A stretch of DNA of 64,000 bases from Botryllus schlosseri (taxonomy: Eukaryota). A model generated the notes under the pieces. That model did not search any database. It had not been told where the DNA came from and was given only the letters and a program-made list of their open reading frames with translations. Where the stretch lies: the NCBI GenBank assembly GCA_051294905.1, contig CM119381.1, positions 2,170,001-2,234,000 on the forward strand, written 5' to 3'. Each line of letters opens with the position of its first letter. Position 1 is the stretch's first letter. Made by a program: the position numbers and the translations under genes. Below are positions 34,421-48,046 of this stretch, one piece after another.

Positions 34421-36300
34421 CAATACACTGTGACGTCACAACTAAAGATTCGTGACGTCATGGCTAAATAACACAATAAAAACATGTTATAAACAAGGGC
34501 CATTTTTGAATTTATTTTTGTTTTAAATGAACCCTAGACATTGGTATTGGTGAAGTTGTCCATATAGTTCGAAAAGGTTTTTATATGTAGGCCGAACTAG
34601 TACCCACCCTGTGTATCAGAATACCAGAATATGCGAACAAGCATTAATATATTTCAACATATGAAGCCGCGTAGGTGTAGTATTTTGCAGCTTGGCCTAT
34701 ATATAAATACTAATATGTAATAAGTACCATTAAGTCAGTATCAACCTTTCAATATCTTTCTTAACTTGACTGCTGGCCAAGGAAAAGTAAGCACCCGATA
34801 ACCAACACCACAGAGTATTGTTGATTCCTTGAAATGCGACATCAAATATGATGATAGACAAATAATGTAGGTGACGATATCGATTGAATGCACAAAATCG
34901 AATTGTAATACAGCAAAACATTGGTATATCGGTTCTTTTCATCTTTGAATCAAGCAGTCAGCTGTACAAACAAAACGAACACAAATCCGTCACTCACTCG
35001 TCACTAACGGATGGAGGTTTACCTCTATACTGATGTCAAATTCTCAGATAGAGATCTTTCAACCTTGGTCTACAGCGCAGTTTGATTTATTAATAAAATT
35101 TCACCAAAGCAAGATAATACCATGGACGCTAAGCTAGATTTTGGTATTAAAGTTTGTCAGATTCCATAATAATCTCGAATTAATATTTTTCGGGTGTTTG
35201 TTGCTAAAGTGTTATAGTTTGCAATCTCAAATAGATACATTCCCATTAACCAGACTGCACTGGACTCCGAAACGCTACCCCAACGGGCGAATTTACTAAG
35301 GTTGCGAGCATGTCGTAGAATTTGCCATATACGAAACCATTTCAAGCAATGTCTTTAAATATATTGTTTTCGGACCTCGATAATGGTGAAATTTCAGCCA
35401 CTGGTTTGGGACATGAACATACAGGCCAATGACTGTCATTCACAGTCAATAGAACATATATGGCGACAACGCGGAAACTTTACAGTACACAGTACACTGT
35501 ACCGTACAGGCCCGACTATCGTGGAGAGGTAACTGGGGTAGATTCCACAAGGTTCAATGCGAATAGACAAATTCATCGAGACTTCTTTTTCCAACACAAC
35601 GGGAAAACAGATAGTGAAAAGTAGTGAGCTGGCCTGCTGGCTAAGTGTATATTAAAACTGTCCGCTGTAGCTTATTTATTTTTTATGATTGGTTTCAGTA
35701 ACTTTCAGATCGCATTAACATGAGTCATACGTCACCTATCTTCAATCCTGTCGCGTGTATCGTCGAAATGATCCTAACGCAGTGCGTAGCAATAAAACTG
35801 TAATGATTGATTATATTAATTACGTGTCTAAAGGTATCTGAACAATGAGCATCGAATACTCTCTGAGACAGCTAAAGATTTCCAAAAGCGTTGGTGGCCT
35901 TGGTGAATTGATTTCGATTGCAATTGAAATGCTCGAATCCTTACAACAGAACACTACGTGTCGATATTCAATGCGCGAATAACGTCAGAGAAATACTGAA
36001 AGTCCTACGATCACTGCGATGATAAGTTTTGAGTTTACATAGAATATAAAGAAAAATGATAAGACAACTTGGATAGGCATTTGGTCGCAGCACCGGAAAT
36101 CCAACTTGATTCAAACCACATCTTGAAACATATCTCATACAACGTGTTCCATATCCTTCCAATTGACTCTTGACATGAGGCTTAGATGTCACGAGCAGAT
36201 TATGCCCGCGACAAGACCACCAACAAAGACCGCGGTCACAGGCGACTCTAATGAAAGTGTAGCGAGTTAACGTTTAGATCACAATTTCATTCGTATAGAT

Positions 36301-36537
36301 CAGTGGTTCTAAGCCTTTCTACTCTCGCGGACGAGTAGAACTGCAAAACAAATGTTGCGAACCGGTTCACCTTCGAAACCCAAAATTATCCCAAAGTTTA
36401 ATTACGACATATGCATGTGACTGAAATGTGATATTGGAAACTTCATTTAACAATGTCTTTTTATACTATATATTTATACGTGGTTATATTGACGTTTCTG
36501 CATAGCGATGCTTGCGAGGTCCTGTTGAAGACCACTA
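36301..36537. mobile_element. Degenerate hAT MITE
   Basis: CAGTGGTTCTAAGCC ... GTTGAAGACCACTA. The TSD is not preserved. Confidence 0.55.
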
Positions 36538-36689
36538 ACCTGTTACGATTGTTCGGTATCGTTTGAAAGAAATGTGACATTGCTATTTGCTCTGGTCTCT
36601 GTTATACTGCAGAGTGTCGCTTGCACAGTCGGAATTAAACAAATTTTGTTTAAAAGTCTCCGTAGCTTTCACATAATCTGTCCATAACG

Positions 36690-37420
36690 AGTTAGGCTAC
36701 TTTCAAACAATTTCTTATAACTCGGGCAACTTTTTGTAACTTTTGTTTACAGATTCCTATACAGCTTCCTAGATACTCAGAATCTATGTACTATGATGTT
36801 TTAGCTGTTTGGACGGATTTTATAGAGCAACTTTTTGCAGCTTTTCTCTATTTTCATGCCAATTTTTACTGCAACGTATATCACATATTGCGTTAAGGAG
36901 TGATTTAAACATGCTATTGCCAGTGTGGTTCTATTATTTTTGATTTGCATAACAAAGAGCTATATGATGGGTTAGCGGCATCTCACTGGCATCTATGACA
37001 CAATGGCTTGCAAGCAATACGTTCAACTACACCTGTCTCGCGCGACCGTACACGAACAATATGTAAATATACCGCTTTATAAGTTTTGTCGTTTAAATTT
37101 CAGATAGTTTCCCATGTCATGAACGCCCAGGCGAGACTGCCGGACTGGGTCACCTTTTTCAGGCTATTGATTTTGTTGAAGTCACCAAGAGTGATATTTT
37201 CTGCAATGACTTGCGTCATTTTCTCGCTGTGTACCGGGAAAAATGTGATTTGACAGCTCTACAGGAACTAGGTCATACAACGGACCTTTTGAGTATTTCA
37301 TACCCTAATAATTTCCCAAAAATTATAAATGCAACTTTTTACTGCAACTTTTGTTAAAATTAAGTGCAACTTTCTCGCGATTTTAGTGCAACAAAAACTT
37401 GCCCTACTTATAACACTTGC
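36690..37420. mobile_element. Probable DNA transposon remnant with repeated GCAACTTTT motifs
   Basis: The motif is clustered at about 36725-36875 and 37330-37400. Ends are not resolved. Confidence 0.35.
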
Positions 37421-40400
37421 ACAATTGTGGCGCACGCTTAAAGTAGACCATTAACTATCTATTGCAACACCGTACAAAAATACGTTCCACACTTCTAAAT
37501 AATTCTAAGAATTTATGCTTTATTTCTCTAATTAATGGAGAAGCGCCCAATTTCTTGCATGTTGGAATTGAGGTATAAAATTCTAACATATCTGGCGGAC
37601 CGGTGTTTGAGGACCACTGGTATAGTTGACAACATTGACAAGACATCGTTTATCCAAAAATCTGTATTTCTACGACGCAATGACAGTAATTAAGAAATAA
37701 GCAACTCGATATTCTTGGTCGCTAAGAAACCTATGATATTAGACAGACTCTTTTCTGATGATCCACGCTTATTGCGACACTTGTATTTTTAGACTGGCCT
37801 CGTTAGAAACGGCGTCGAGTGCACGAAATAACACTTGAGTCGATGCTGAGCATTGATATGATAAATGACAGACCGTGACGACTCAATAATTGAAACTTCA
37901 TGGTACACTCGCCCGGATGAAGTCGACGCCAAAGTGGGATAAAGTAGTTTTGGGCTAAATAACGAATAGTATCACTTTCTTTAACTGTGAATGGCCAAAA
38001 TTGGATTTCGGCTTGACAGTTGAGTGAATTTATGCTGACATACATGAATGATGTTGTAGTTCTCGAATGGAAGTCACTGTTTGTCATGATAATGGACGGT
38101 TATCCAGTTGTAAAATTCGACACCCAGTGCGTTTTGCCAGGCAGGCGGGCACTCCGCATGATAAAGAATAATTTGACGATTACCCCTAACTACTAGTAGT
38201 GTCAGCCGAACATAATCGGTTTTATTTCGATATGAATATACTATTCAATGGTATATATTGAAGTTCTGTACATCCAAAGAAGCAACTTCTTCAAACGATA
38301 AGTCTACAGAAAACCCGTTCATGCATGCTTTCTCGATTTAAATTTTTTAAACTGGGATAGATAGAGACACTAAAACTTTGCTGCCGAATTTGTAGTTCCC
38401 GTATCAACAAATCACGGTCCTCCGTTTATGATTTGTGGCTAAAATTATATTCTTGCATCAAGTTTCCAACAATACGCATGCCCAATTGCCCATGTGTCTA
38501 CTATATACAAAGGCTACTATCACATCTGATATGGGTTGGTGAATGGAATTGTACCACGAACCCCCTGGGAGACAAGACGATATCAACATTTGCGAAGTAC
38601 TCATCCAATCATTATCACAGTAGGATCAAGGGATATTGAAATCAAGGTATCCTTGTAGGGTTTAGAATTGGGTGTGGGGTTGCTATGACCACGGTCGCGT
38701 CATATCATCATACATGCCTACGTCGGAACGAAATAGCACCCCTACGGAACCTTCGCAAAGCAATGAATCACTCCACGTTTGGCAATAATCAGCCAGGATG
38801 CTATTCTGCAAATACGTGGGAAATACACCAACCCTTATGGAAATATATCTCAGGGGTCTATTATGGTGAATATGACTCGTTTTAATTCATTGAAATGAGT
38901 GTGAAAGCTAAATTTCGTACCAGAAAGTACATCTTACCTGATGTGCATCCTACGATATGGTGAAAATTGCCGAAATACGCAATTTTCATTTGCAGTGATA
39001 CAAAGCTTCTGAAATTCTTCTTGGCAATGTGTTGAATTAAGCCTTGTAATCTTGAGATATTCGCGTTCTTCTACTGTCGCTCGACACGCGTGGAAATATA
39101 GTTGAACGGCCTTGATTATTTATTGAGCATGAGCACGCAGCTCCTACATATAACACCAATTTTGCTTCCATCAAATGGATATCATGCGCGGGTATTCAAG
39201 GGTCAGTACAGAAACAAGGCCACTCCCGGCAGCAAGATCGCCAAGTCATTGAGGGGTGATTTCACAGAATGAAATACATATTCCAATACGGCGTAATGGC
39301 ATAGTTGCTGTACACCACATAAAAGAGAGTTGAGAAATATAAACAGATAAAATTACACTAATAAATGAGTAGAGTATGAGACTGAATAAGAGCACGATAC
39401 AACGAAGGAAATCCCTCCACAGAACATGGTACACGTTTGCCACCTTATATGGCAAGTACATTCCATCGGTAGGTCTATACTACATATCATTGGAAAGGTT
39501 TTATCCTCGAAATTTACCAAAATACCCGACCACTATAACCTCATGCATTGCCTGAATAAAAGCAAATTAATGTTCCGTTAAAAAAAACTCACGTCAGCAC
39601 TAATTTTTAGAGCATTGCATGAGAAACGGGGTGTTTGATGAACGTACTTTAAACCATATATGCCGGGTTGACTTCACATAACTCACCAAAGAAAGAAAAT
39701 TGCAAATACTTCTCCACACAAACCACAAATTGCAGCAGTGCGTAGAACGGAACGGGTCGATGAAAATTTTGTTATTTTAGCCAGAGTAATATACGCGAAA
39801 CCACACAATACTCCACGCTGATAGAGGGCACAGTTAATATCGTACAGCGTACTCACGGCTTGTAGGTGGAGAGATGGTAAAAGTCATGAGATCATTTCAA
39901 TGATACCATGTTTGGTCCCATGTGTGCGTAGGGATATTTTTAGAATATGAACAATTAGCACATACCAAATTTTTATGTGCGAGACAAAAAGTAGATCCTT
40001 GGGGAGTTAGTAACAGAACTGTCAAGATCTTTGTATTAGGGGGATCGCTGGACTTATCTTCACCATCGTTCGTTATTATCTTTTATTTTGTGGTTCATGG
40101 TGTATGGGTCATACGAGTCTTTGCGATATAATCATCTATTTCGTGTTTTGAGATGGTTATGGCCCTTTCCGTCATGGTTGTTGACTCGTATTAACGCATC
40201 GACACGCCTGTGAAAAACGCGTTGTTGTGTCCACGTGTAAGCTTGTTCCGGCGGCGTACGGGTTAACACATTACATATTCACTGAAATGGCCTAATACCA
40301 CATGATTTCTGACTGTTGAAAGGGGTAATCTGTTGACAATTACTCGCTGGAAATAAGCCATTCATTCTTATAGACATAGTAAAATTGATTCGGACACACT

Positions 40401-42552
40401 TGAACAAAACTAACAAAATTACGGTGCCTTTGCGTGGCATTGTCGACTCTGTGAGGTCTTCAATAGTTTGTCATCTTCGGTCACGAAGGCTCCACCCTCT
40501 TACAGAACATACAGCAGCGATTCTTTAATTGGGAAAGGAACAAAACGCATAGGATCGTATTATCATATTCTGGAAATAGAACCCGAAGCTAGCAGCGGCT
40601 GGTTTATGAAATTAGTTAAATAACTTCGGAAATACACTCGAGCGTAACAAAGCGTACCAGCTTGGTTTGCATTCAAAACAAGCCGTATTTTAAAACGCAA
40701 CGATGTTTAAGTATTGCGTTTTTTGCAAGTCCATGGAATTACGTCACAAGGGTTCAAGGACAAGCCATTTTCATTCCCATGATGACACACCAATGAAATA
40801 ATGAAATGGAAGTTGAAACTTCTTCCCTGACACATTGAGGTTTGGTCATTAGATGTGACTATAGTCACATTCGATTATTCGGTCCGTATACCTCAAACCA
40901 GGCGTCAATTGGCGATGCCTGAACATGGAATTGGCCTCCGAGCATTTATGATGGACCTGCAATCTCGAAAAATTACCGTCTTGATTAGTTTTGAATACAC
41001 ATTATGCTTGATGTTTAAAATCCAGTCATGATTGAATATGAACTGTTTATAAATAACCGTACAACCAACGAAAACCGCTAACTCGCCATCGAATGGCTAT
41101 CAGTTATACAACACGGTCTTGTCGAAATAAGTTAGTCGCATTTTAATAGTCTCCAAATTAAATCACGAGAGATGCGAGTAGTTTTATAGTAAGATAATGA
41201 TCCTTCAAGCAACAAATTTAGCTCTCGCGCGCGGAAAGTTATTAGAGTGGGCTAACCGCGTTGTCCTTGGATTATATTTGAAAATATACTGTCTGATACG
41301 CTGTCTGCTTTTTCCCTTTTGAAATAGGTTGTATAGCATATTTTCGGAGAAAACACTGGTCAAGAGTGTAGAGGCAAATTATTGGTTGCCGAAAATGCCT
41401 GCAAATATTCATATACGCCTGTCACGATGATATCCGCCGGTCGGAAGCCTTTTCTTAGTAGACTTTTCCAGTTCTTTGAATATTGCTCACATAGTACGCT
41501 TACATCTTTTTCCGTATGTAGACTGCAATAATGCATTACACCGGAGCGGAAGTAGCATCAATTTCACCATATTTAGCAGTTAGCAAACTGCGCTAATCAT
41601 AATCATGCTCTTGTTCGAGGGCTGCTTCGCGAAAGGTCAGCAAGGATCACTGACCGATATCAGCATATCGCATTTGAGACGATAAGTTTAGCTTGGTAAC
41701 CAATGTTATCGTCTTATTGAGATAAATACGTTGGGGATCGATACGGTATAACACAGCCGCATAAAATTCAAAACAAATAATGTGATAGCTGATTTTCTTC
41801 GAATCTATGGTTGGAAGTTCTACCGATGATACGTGCAGGTCTGTAGTCTTGATTCGAATTGACATCTCATTTAATTTTCCTGCCTCTGTGCCTCTCTCTG
41901 TGTGTTCATGAACTATGGTGTAAATTAATAGCACATCCCGAAGCGAAATCTGTGTGATTTGAAAGTACTGCATTATAAACACTGAGACATATACATACTC
42001 TACATTTCCAGTATGTCATCGGATACATGCAGCTTGGAAGATATTCGTGTTTCGTTTCCCGAAAGTCTTAATGCGTTGCAATCAGCGGCTGTGGGAAGAA
42101 CGGCACCGAGATTTGTGGATGACGGACAATCGATTTGGCAATAGAACTGGCACTTGTTACCAAAGTAAAATAACCGATCCCCCGAATCACGTTTGGGAAC
42201 TTACTTGGATTTTGACACGGAATATATTGCAACAGGGTATGTCCTTGTCAAATATCATGTCTGCGGTAATGCTATGTGCGTCATCAACACATTCTTGTGG
42301 CAACATAAGATTTGAGTACTCCCTGCATTCACGCTTCGCATTTAAATATGTTTTATCAACGAAATATAGGCCTACACAGCTACAAAATATAAGCTGAAAT
42401 TTGGTGCACCATGCGATCATTGTGTAAATCTCCATTGGTATAAAGCTTCGTCAGCTGTACCACTATTGAAGTGTAGGGAATAGGACGTTATCTAATTTTG
42501 TCCTGGATGTTTTTTTCGGCATAGTATATACAGTTATACACCGAATCATGAT

Positions 42553-42810
42553 ATACACACACATACACACGATCTGCGGACATTGCATTCCATGAGTACA
42601 TGATGTGCATATGCCGCTGGACAAGCAAGGTTCAAATATAGCCTGGTAACGCTTTCTAAGTCTTGCACCACCCCCATGCTATCCCGGAAATGCTGAGTTC
42701 CAAGCGGGGAAGTCAGAGATACCAGTTTTACTGATCGGGTCTGTGGTTGAGGGATTGAACCCACGACCTATACCGACCAAGAAGCCGCACTCTCCACCAT
42801 TACGCTGACT
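42553..42810 (-). mobile_element. Second tRNA-derived SINE with a MetaSINE-like central domain
   Basis: Minus strand: A-box-like CAGCGTAATGG, B box GGTTCAATCCC, then TAAAACTGGTATCTCTGACTTCCCCGCTTGGAACTCAGCATTT, and a (TG)n-like tail. The Meta-domain assignment rests on my recollection of that consensus. Confidence 0.65.
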
Positions 42811-44722
42811 TATCTTAGGAACGGTTCAGAACCAACAAAATGCGCAATCAAAAACCAAATGATTATTAGGGAATAAGCTAAACTAGAATAGAGATAATAA
42901 AAATCTTAATGAAATGATGCACAGTAGGCTATATGTCCCAAGGCTATATGTAGGCTATATGCAGCAGTCAATATACAAGTCATGTCATTTCCCATCATGG
43001 AGATGTCTACCGTGCATTGAAAAAGCCGTGGAGAGGTGTTATTTGGCACGGAATTGTCCTGGTGTGTCATAAACGCAGCCCGCATTGATTAAAATCGACC
43101 TCTGATCATAATTCTAGCGTTTCCACTCGTTGCAGGATTGATAACTGCTGGAGGGCTCTGGGTGCCAAACTTTTAGTAAAAGACGACAAACTGACTGAAA
43201 TAGTGGCAAATTATTTTAATAAAAAATATTCTTATAATATAAGGGGAAATTCCGAAATTTGGCACCGAAATGAGCCAATTGGCAGCACTGCATACTTCAC
43301 CTGGCTGGAGTAACACAAATATGTGACGACCCATTGTGATGTCAGGAGTTGCGATTGTTAGACCTGGCATTGCAGCTCTTCGCATGAAGCTGAAGCTGCC
43401 TTGCGCTACAGGTCATTAAGCCTGCGTCGCGTGCTTGATGACACGAGTCAACGGGCGAATTTACTATAAATGGACGAGCCAGAGACAGCTGGTGGCCTTC
43501 AAATTAGTTGGAATTTCGAGCAATTTTGACCTGTCGTCGGAAATCAAACGGCTGCAAAATTACCTTTCGGGCGAAGGCGATCTCTACATATTACCGTGGG
43601 AGACGCGGGTAAAGCCGTTACGAGTACCGTACAACAGCATGCAATAACTTTACTTAATTGAGGTTATCACGGCCGCGCTGGCGATAAAATTAGGGAGGTA
43701 ACATAAGAATTATACGGCTTGCAATTTAAAATTCGTTTGGCCCTGTATGACTTTTCACCGAAAACGACTATTTGGTTGCTCAGCTAGTTGTGACCATTCC
43801 TTTTTACGCCGACCGTGACGGCGCAAATTTCGAGACATCCTCTTAATTAGTTTCGTAGGTTAATCAGGCGTTGGCAAATCACTAATGGTCATAAACACGA
43901 ATCAATGAATGTGACGTACATTTATTGCTTTGAACAGATTCTCGGTGGGTCATACCTTTAATATATAGCTGAATAATGTAGTCGTGTTGAAACAAACCGG
44001 AATATTTTCGGCTGACAGTAGTCAGGGGTATTCGTCAGCGATTTATTGCTTTGTAATTCATCCAAATCTTAGGGCAGCGTTCACTATTCGTCGGAATTTA
44101 CAGGCGTCGCCTTTGTTGAAATTTGAAGAATCGCAGAAGTTAAAAGATTCATAAAAACGGGATACTGTAAGACAAATTCCGTTAATGTGCGGAGAAAAAT
44201 TACGTTGTAAAACGCGGAAATATTCCGACAAAATGATCGAATTTCAACACAAAGCAATATAATATTCCGCGATATAACCCTCGGCTCGTTGACAGGAAAC
44301 ACAAAGCGTTCTGCGAGATATATTTAGACGTCCGAATTTTGCGGGATATCACCCGATAAACAAATGGGACGTATTTGGATTCGCGGACAAAGTTTTCAAG
44401 GTCGCGAACCCGGGTCAGGCTCTACAACGTAAAGTTGAACTCGATGGCACTCATTTTTGAGGAGGATTTACGGCGTGGTTGTAAAATTAGCCTCGCGGCG
44501 AGTGTGTTTGTTACACGGTACTTTACATGTCATTAATTGAAGCAGATTTACGGTTCCATTCTTTCATTGACGCTAGACAACGCTACTTGACTTGAGGCGA
44601 TGTGTCATGGGTTATTGCAAATCGCAGCAAACCCGTCGTGTGTCTATGTGCGGTAAAAGCCAATACTGCCCTATGGGAAGCAGATGATCATTTCCTATTC
44701 CGAGACAAGTCCCTTTCCGGAA

Positions 44723-44977
44723 GTTTGTTTGTTTTTGATTTTCATGGTGTTTCCACTACATAGGTCATTTTACACCAGGCCGATGTTGCTTATTCTTTAT
44801 TCCGTATTCACCGACTTGTATCACGGTCCACTTCTAGGCTTTTTATAAGATCACGTGGCGAGGAGGAGCCTAGATATACCTCCAACACTTAGGTAAGAAT
44901 TCCGTCCGAGGTCGGACTCGAACCTGGAACCCATTGGTGTTGCAGCTGTGGATTATACCACTACGCTATCTCGCCGC
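44723..44977 (-). mobile_element. SINE family C, near full length with a small internal deletion
   Basis: Same head (GCGGCGAGATAGCGTAGTGGTATAATCC...GGTTCGAGTCCGAC), body and (AAAC)n tail as the 24622 copy. Confidence 0.9.
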
Positions 44978-45767
44978 ACTTTTTCGGTAGTTGCTAAGTA
45001 TGTATCAATATAGTATCATAGGTTAGTGCGGATGTGGTTGGGACGATAAAGTTTATCAGCGACTCAAGCCAAGGCGGAAGTTGGATTGCTCGTCTGCACG
45101 TTCGACGTTGCATTCTAGGTAAATGCACAGGGGAGTATAAATGTTACTTATATACATGGTGGTCGAAGGGCTATTATAAGGGCTGGGCAGGACCGGCATC
45201 GCATATACGGTATCTCACCAATATGCTATACGAGTTAAACGCGGATTCCAGTAATAGGAGCTGCTGGCAACAACATACCATGATACCGCAATTGCCACCA
45301 CAATGAGACAAAACTGTCGACTGTCTCACTTGACAGCTAAACACGCTTGTCATAGCAACATACTAAACTCCTACGCACATTTTACAGGACACGGCTCACA
45401 ATTCAACGATAAAACATGCTGCATATTTCATTTGCGCGAGCAAATATCGAATCGATTGCTCACGATCGTTTCTTGAAACAATCAAATTGTCGAAACATGC
45501 TGCTTGCCCTGTTATCAGTTGTTTGATGTATGAGTCAAGCGAAAAACTTTTCAACATTCTCTCAATGCAAGAACATGATATCAATTTGATCCATATAGTT
45601 TCGAAAATCTATAAATAAAGATATAAGATATTCAACAAACTATAAGTAGGCTAAGTCACGCGCATATATCAGGTTATATCGTATGCATATTTGTACATTC
45701 CCAAACTCGATAAGTCTTACTATGACAATTGTGTTCCAACTTCCAAGTAAACTATTGTTAGAAAATA

Positions 45768-46042
45768 TTTGAAGAGCTTCTTGGAGGGACAGAACTTCAA
45801 TATACAATTGAATAATATATTCATAATGAATAAAGCCGAATATTTTCGGCTTGCACTCGTTAGGGATAATCGTCAGCAACTAGATGAGAACAGGAAAAAA
45901 CATTGCATATCAGCAACGTAATTTGGTGATAAGATTGTTGATATAGAAAGTTATTTCCAATTCTGTTTGCTGACGATTGCCCCTGATGAGTGTAACCCGT
46001 AAATATTCGGGTTTATTTCCACATGAATATGTTATTTAATTG
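45768..46042. mobile_element. Palindromic MITE family A copy
   Basis: Both arms present around an inverted central segment. Matches the 33370 copy. Confidence 0.85.
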
Positions 46043-47525
46043 TTAGCAAATGCAAAAAGAATCCCATACATAGCTGAGGAGATGCGAGCATCTTATTTTG
46101 GGATATATAAGAAATTATTTTGCCGATGTGAACAGTTTTGGGTTAGGGCCGAAATTGCCTCCTAGTGTACAGAATGACATAATGGCACTGCGACGGATTT
46201 GCACGCCATTAACTGATCAATATCCAATATCGCTCTTAAGTGAAAACAATTTAACTCGTAACTCTTCCCAAGCGGGGAATGGGAGCACTTATTTCTACTT
46301 AATTAAACTGCCGCGCGCTGTATTACCGCCTGTTGTGCTACCTAAACGGAGTCCCGGGTCGTTGGTTATGGCATTAGTGACCAATGTAGGGTACGGAGTC
46401 ATCGTAACTGTAGTTAAAGACGGCGATGCAAATACACCCTGTCGTAAAAGTCGTTACTTTAAATTGCTACGGCGCCGCGGAGTCAGGACATGTTTATTTT
46501 GCGAAACAGGTCCCGACTTCCTACATTTAGTTTCAAGATGAAAGGACGCGTTGCATGGACAGGGCGGATGAAAGCCAGCTTAATAGAATCAACTGGGCTT
46601 AGTCAGCTCAAAAATCTTCTGCTACGTATAAAGCTTCAACTCAAATCGCTTACGCATACTACACCCATACTACAAAGATTAGAGATAGTTTATCACGATG
46701 ACGCGTAAAACCATGGATAAAGTAGACGACTCACAGCATCCTTAATGGCGTCTCCCGAAACGTTTAAATCGGTTTCTCGTTATGCTTAAGGTCAATCCAT
46801 CAGGAATTGATAAGGAACAACGTCTAGACACGATGTGTACGAGGATATTAAATTTGTAACCCAGCGCTATAGCCGACCAAGGTATACACACACTATGCAG
46901 AGATGTCGCGTGTTAGAGGGACTACACACAAAAACACATCCACAATTTTGCTTTAATGTTACAACTGTGCCAGATTGTGCATCAAGACCACGATTTTCTG
47001 CTGTAGATTGCCGGACATTGCCAATTATACCACAAATATCCGAACGTATTCAGGTCTGTATGAGCTCTCAATAGCAATAACAACAAATGATAGCTGTAGG
47101 TAGTATCCTATATTATTAGCGTTAGTAGAAAGATCACGTAGAGGAGGTTAAGTTTGGACTGAAATTATACTGCCATTGTGACCTCGCCACTCGTACAATG
47201 TCAGACATCTTCATTATATTTCAAGGAATACTGTAAAATGACATACTTTAAAACTAGGACTAAGTGCAATCGTCTATATGCGATCATTCCAGTTTGATCC
47301 TTTCTATTTTGTTTTACCTTGAGATTCTAAGGGCCGTGGGTGCCGCGTGTACCCGGGTTAGATGTATTCTATCAATGGGGAAACGGAGGTAGAGAATGTG
47401 CTCAAATTTGCTACTCGGAGATGCTTCTCACTTGCCTCAGATAATGATTTCACCACATTCGACAAGGAAGTGTAACTGTCCTTGTCATTACAGTATCGCA
47501 TGTCATGTCAGGGTTCCTCATTTCG

Positions 47526-47789
47526 CAATATTGAAATTGAATACTGTATAACCATATTGAAATAAACCGGAATAGTTTCGGCTGACATTCGTCAGGGGCA
47601 ATCTTCGGTAGTAGAGAACATAGAAGAACATTGAATATCAACATCAATATCAATATATCAATGTTCTCTACTATCTGAAGATTACCCCTGAAGAGCGTCA
47701 AACGAAAATAGTCGTTTATTTCCATATGAATATACTATTCGATTGTATACTGAGTACTGACGTTCTGTATACTTCCAAGAGTAGCTTCA
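47526..47789. mobile_element. Palindromic MITE family A copy (diverged)
   Basis: Both arms recognisable (CATATTGAAATAAACCGGAATAGTTTCGGCTGACATTCGTCAGGGGCAATC ... GATTACCCCTGAAGAGCGTCA...ACTTCCAAGAG). Confidence 0.8.
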
Positions 47790-47907
47790 ATATTAAAATA
47801 TTTACATAAATTCCCAACACACTTATTCATATATTGTTTACGATATGTATTGACTGTAGCCAGTCATGCGATGTACAATGTAATAGAGTCGTATAACTAG
47901 AATACGC

Positions 47908-48046
47908 TGTTCTTTCGAATTCTCTACTATAGTTGCTGACGATTACCCCTGACGAGTGTCAGCCGAAATTATTCGGGTTCATTTCAATATGAATATACTA
48001 TTCAATTGTATATTGAAGTTCTGTACCTCAAAGAAGCTGTTCAAAT
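47908..48046. mobile_element. Family A solo right arm, well conserved
   Basis: TAGTTGCTGACGATTACCCCTGACGAGTGTCAGCCGAAATTATTCGGGTTCATTTCAATATGAATATACTATTCAATTGTATATTGAAGTTCTGTAC...GAAGCTGTTCAAA. Confidence 0.85.

Noticed and set aside
38433-38639. LIWVGEWNCTTNPLGDK resembling the GDFN motif of LINE endonucleases
   Set aside because: The catalytic Asp is not conserved, spacing to the next motifs is wrong, and there is no RT sequence nearby. A profile search could revisit it.
43292-43360. U1 snRNA-like start ATACTTCACCTGGC
   Set aside because: It has an insertion in the 5' pairing sequence, no stem-loop I match and no Sm site.
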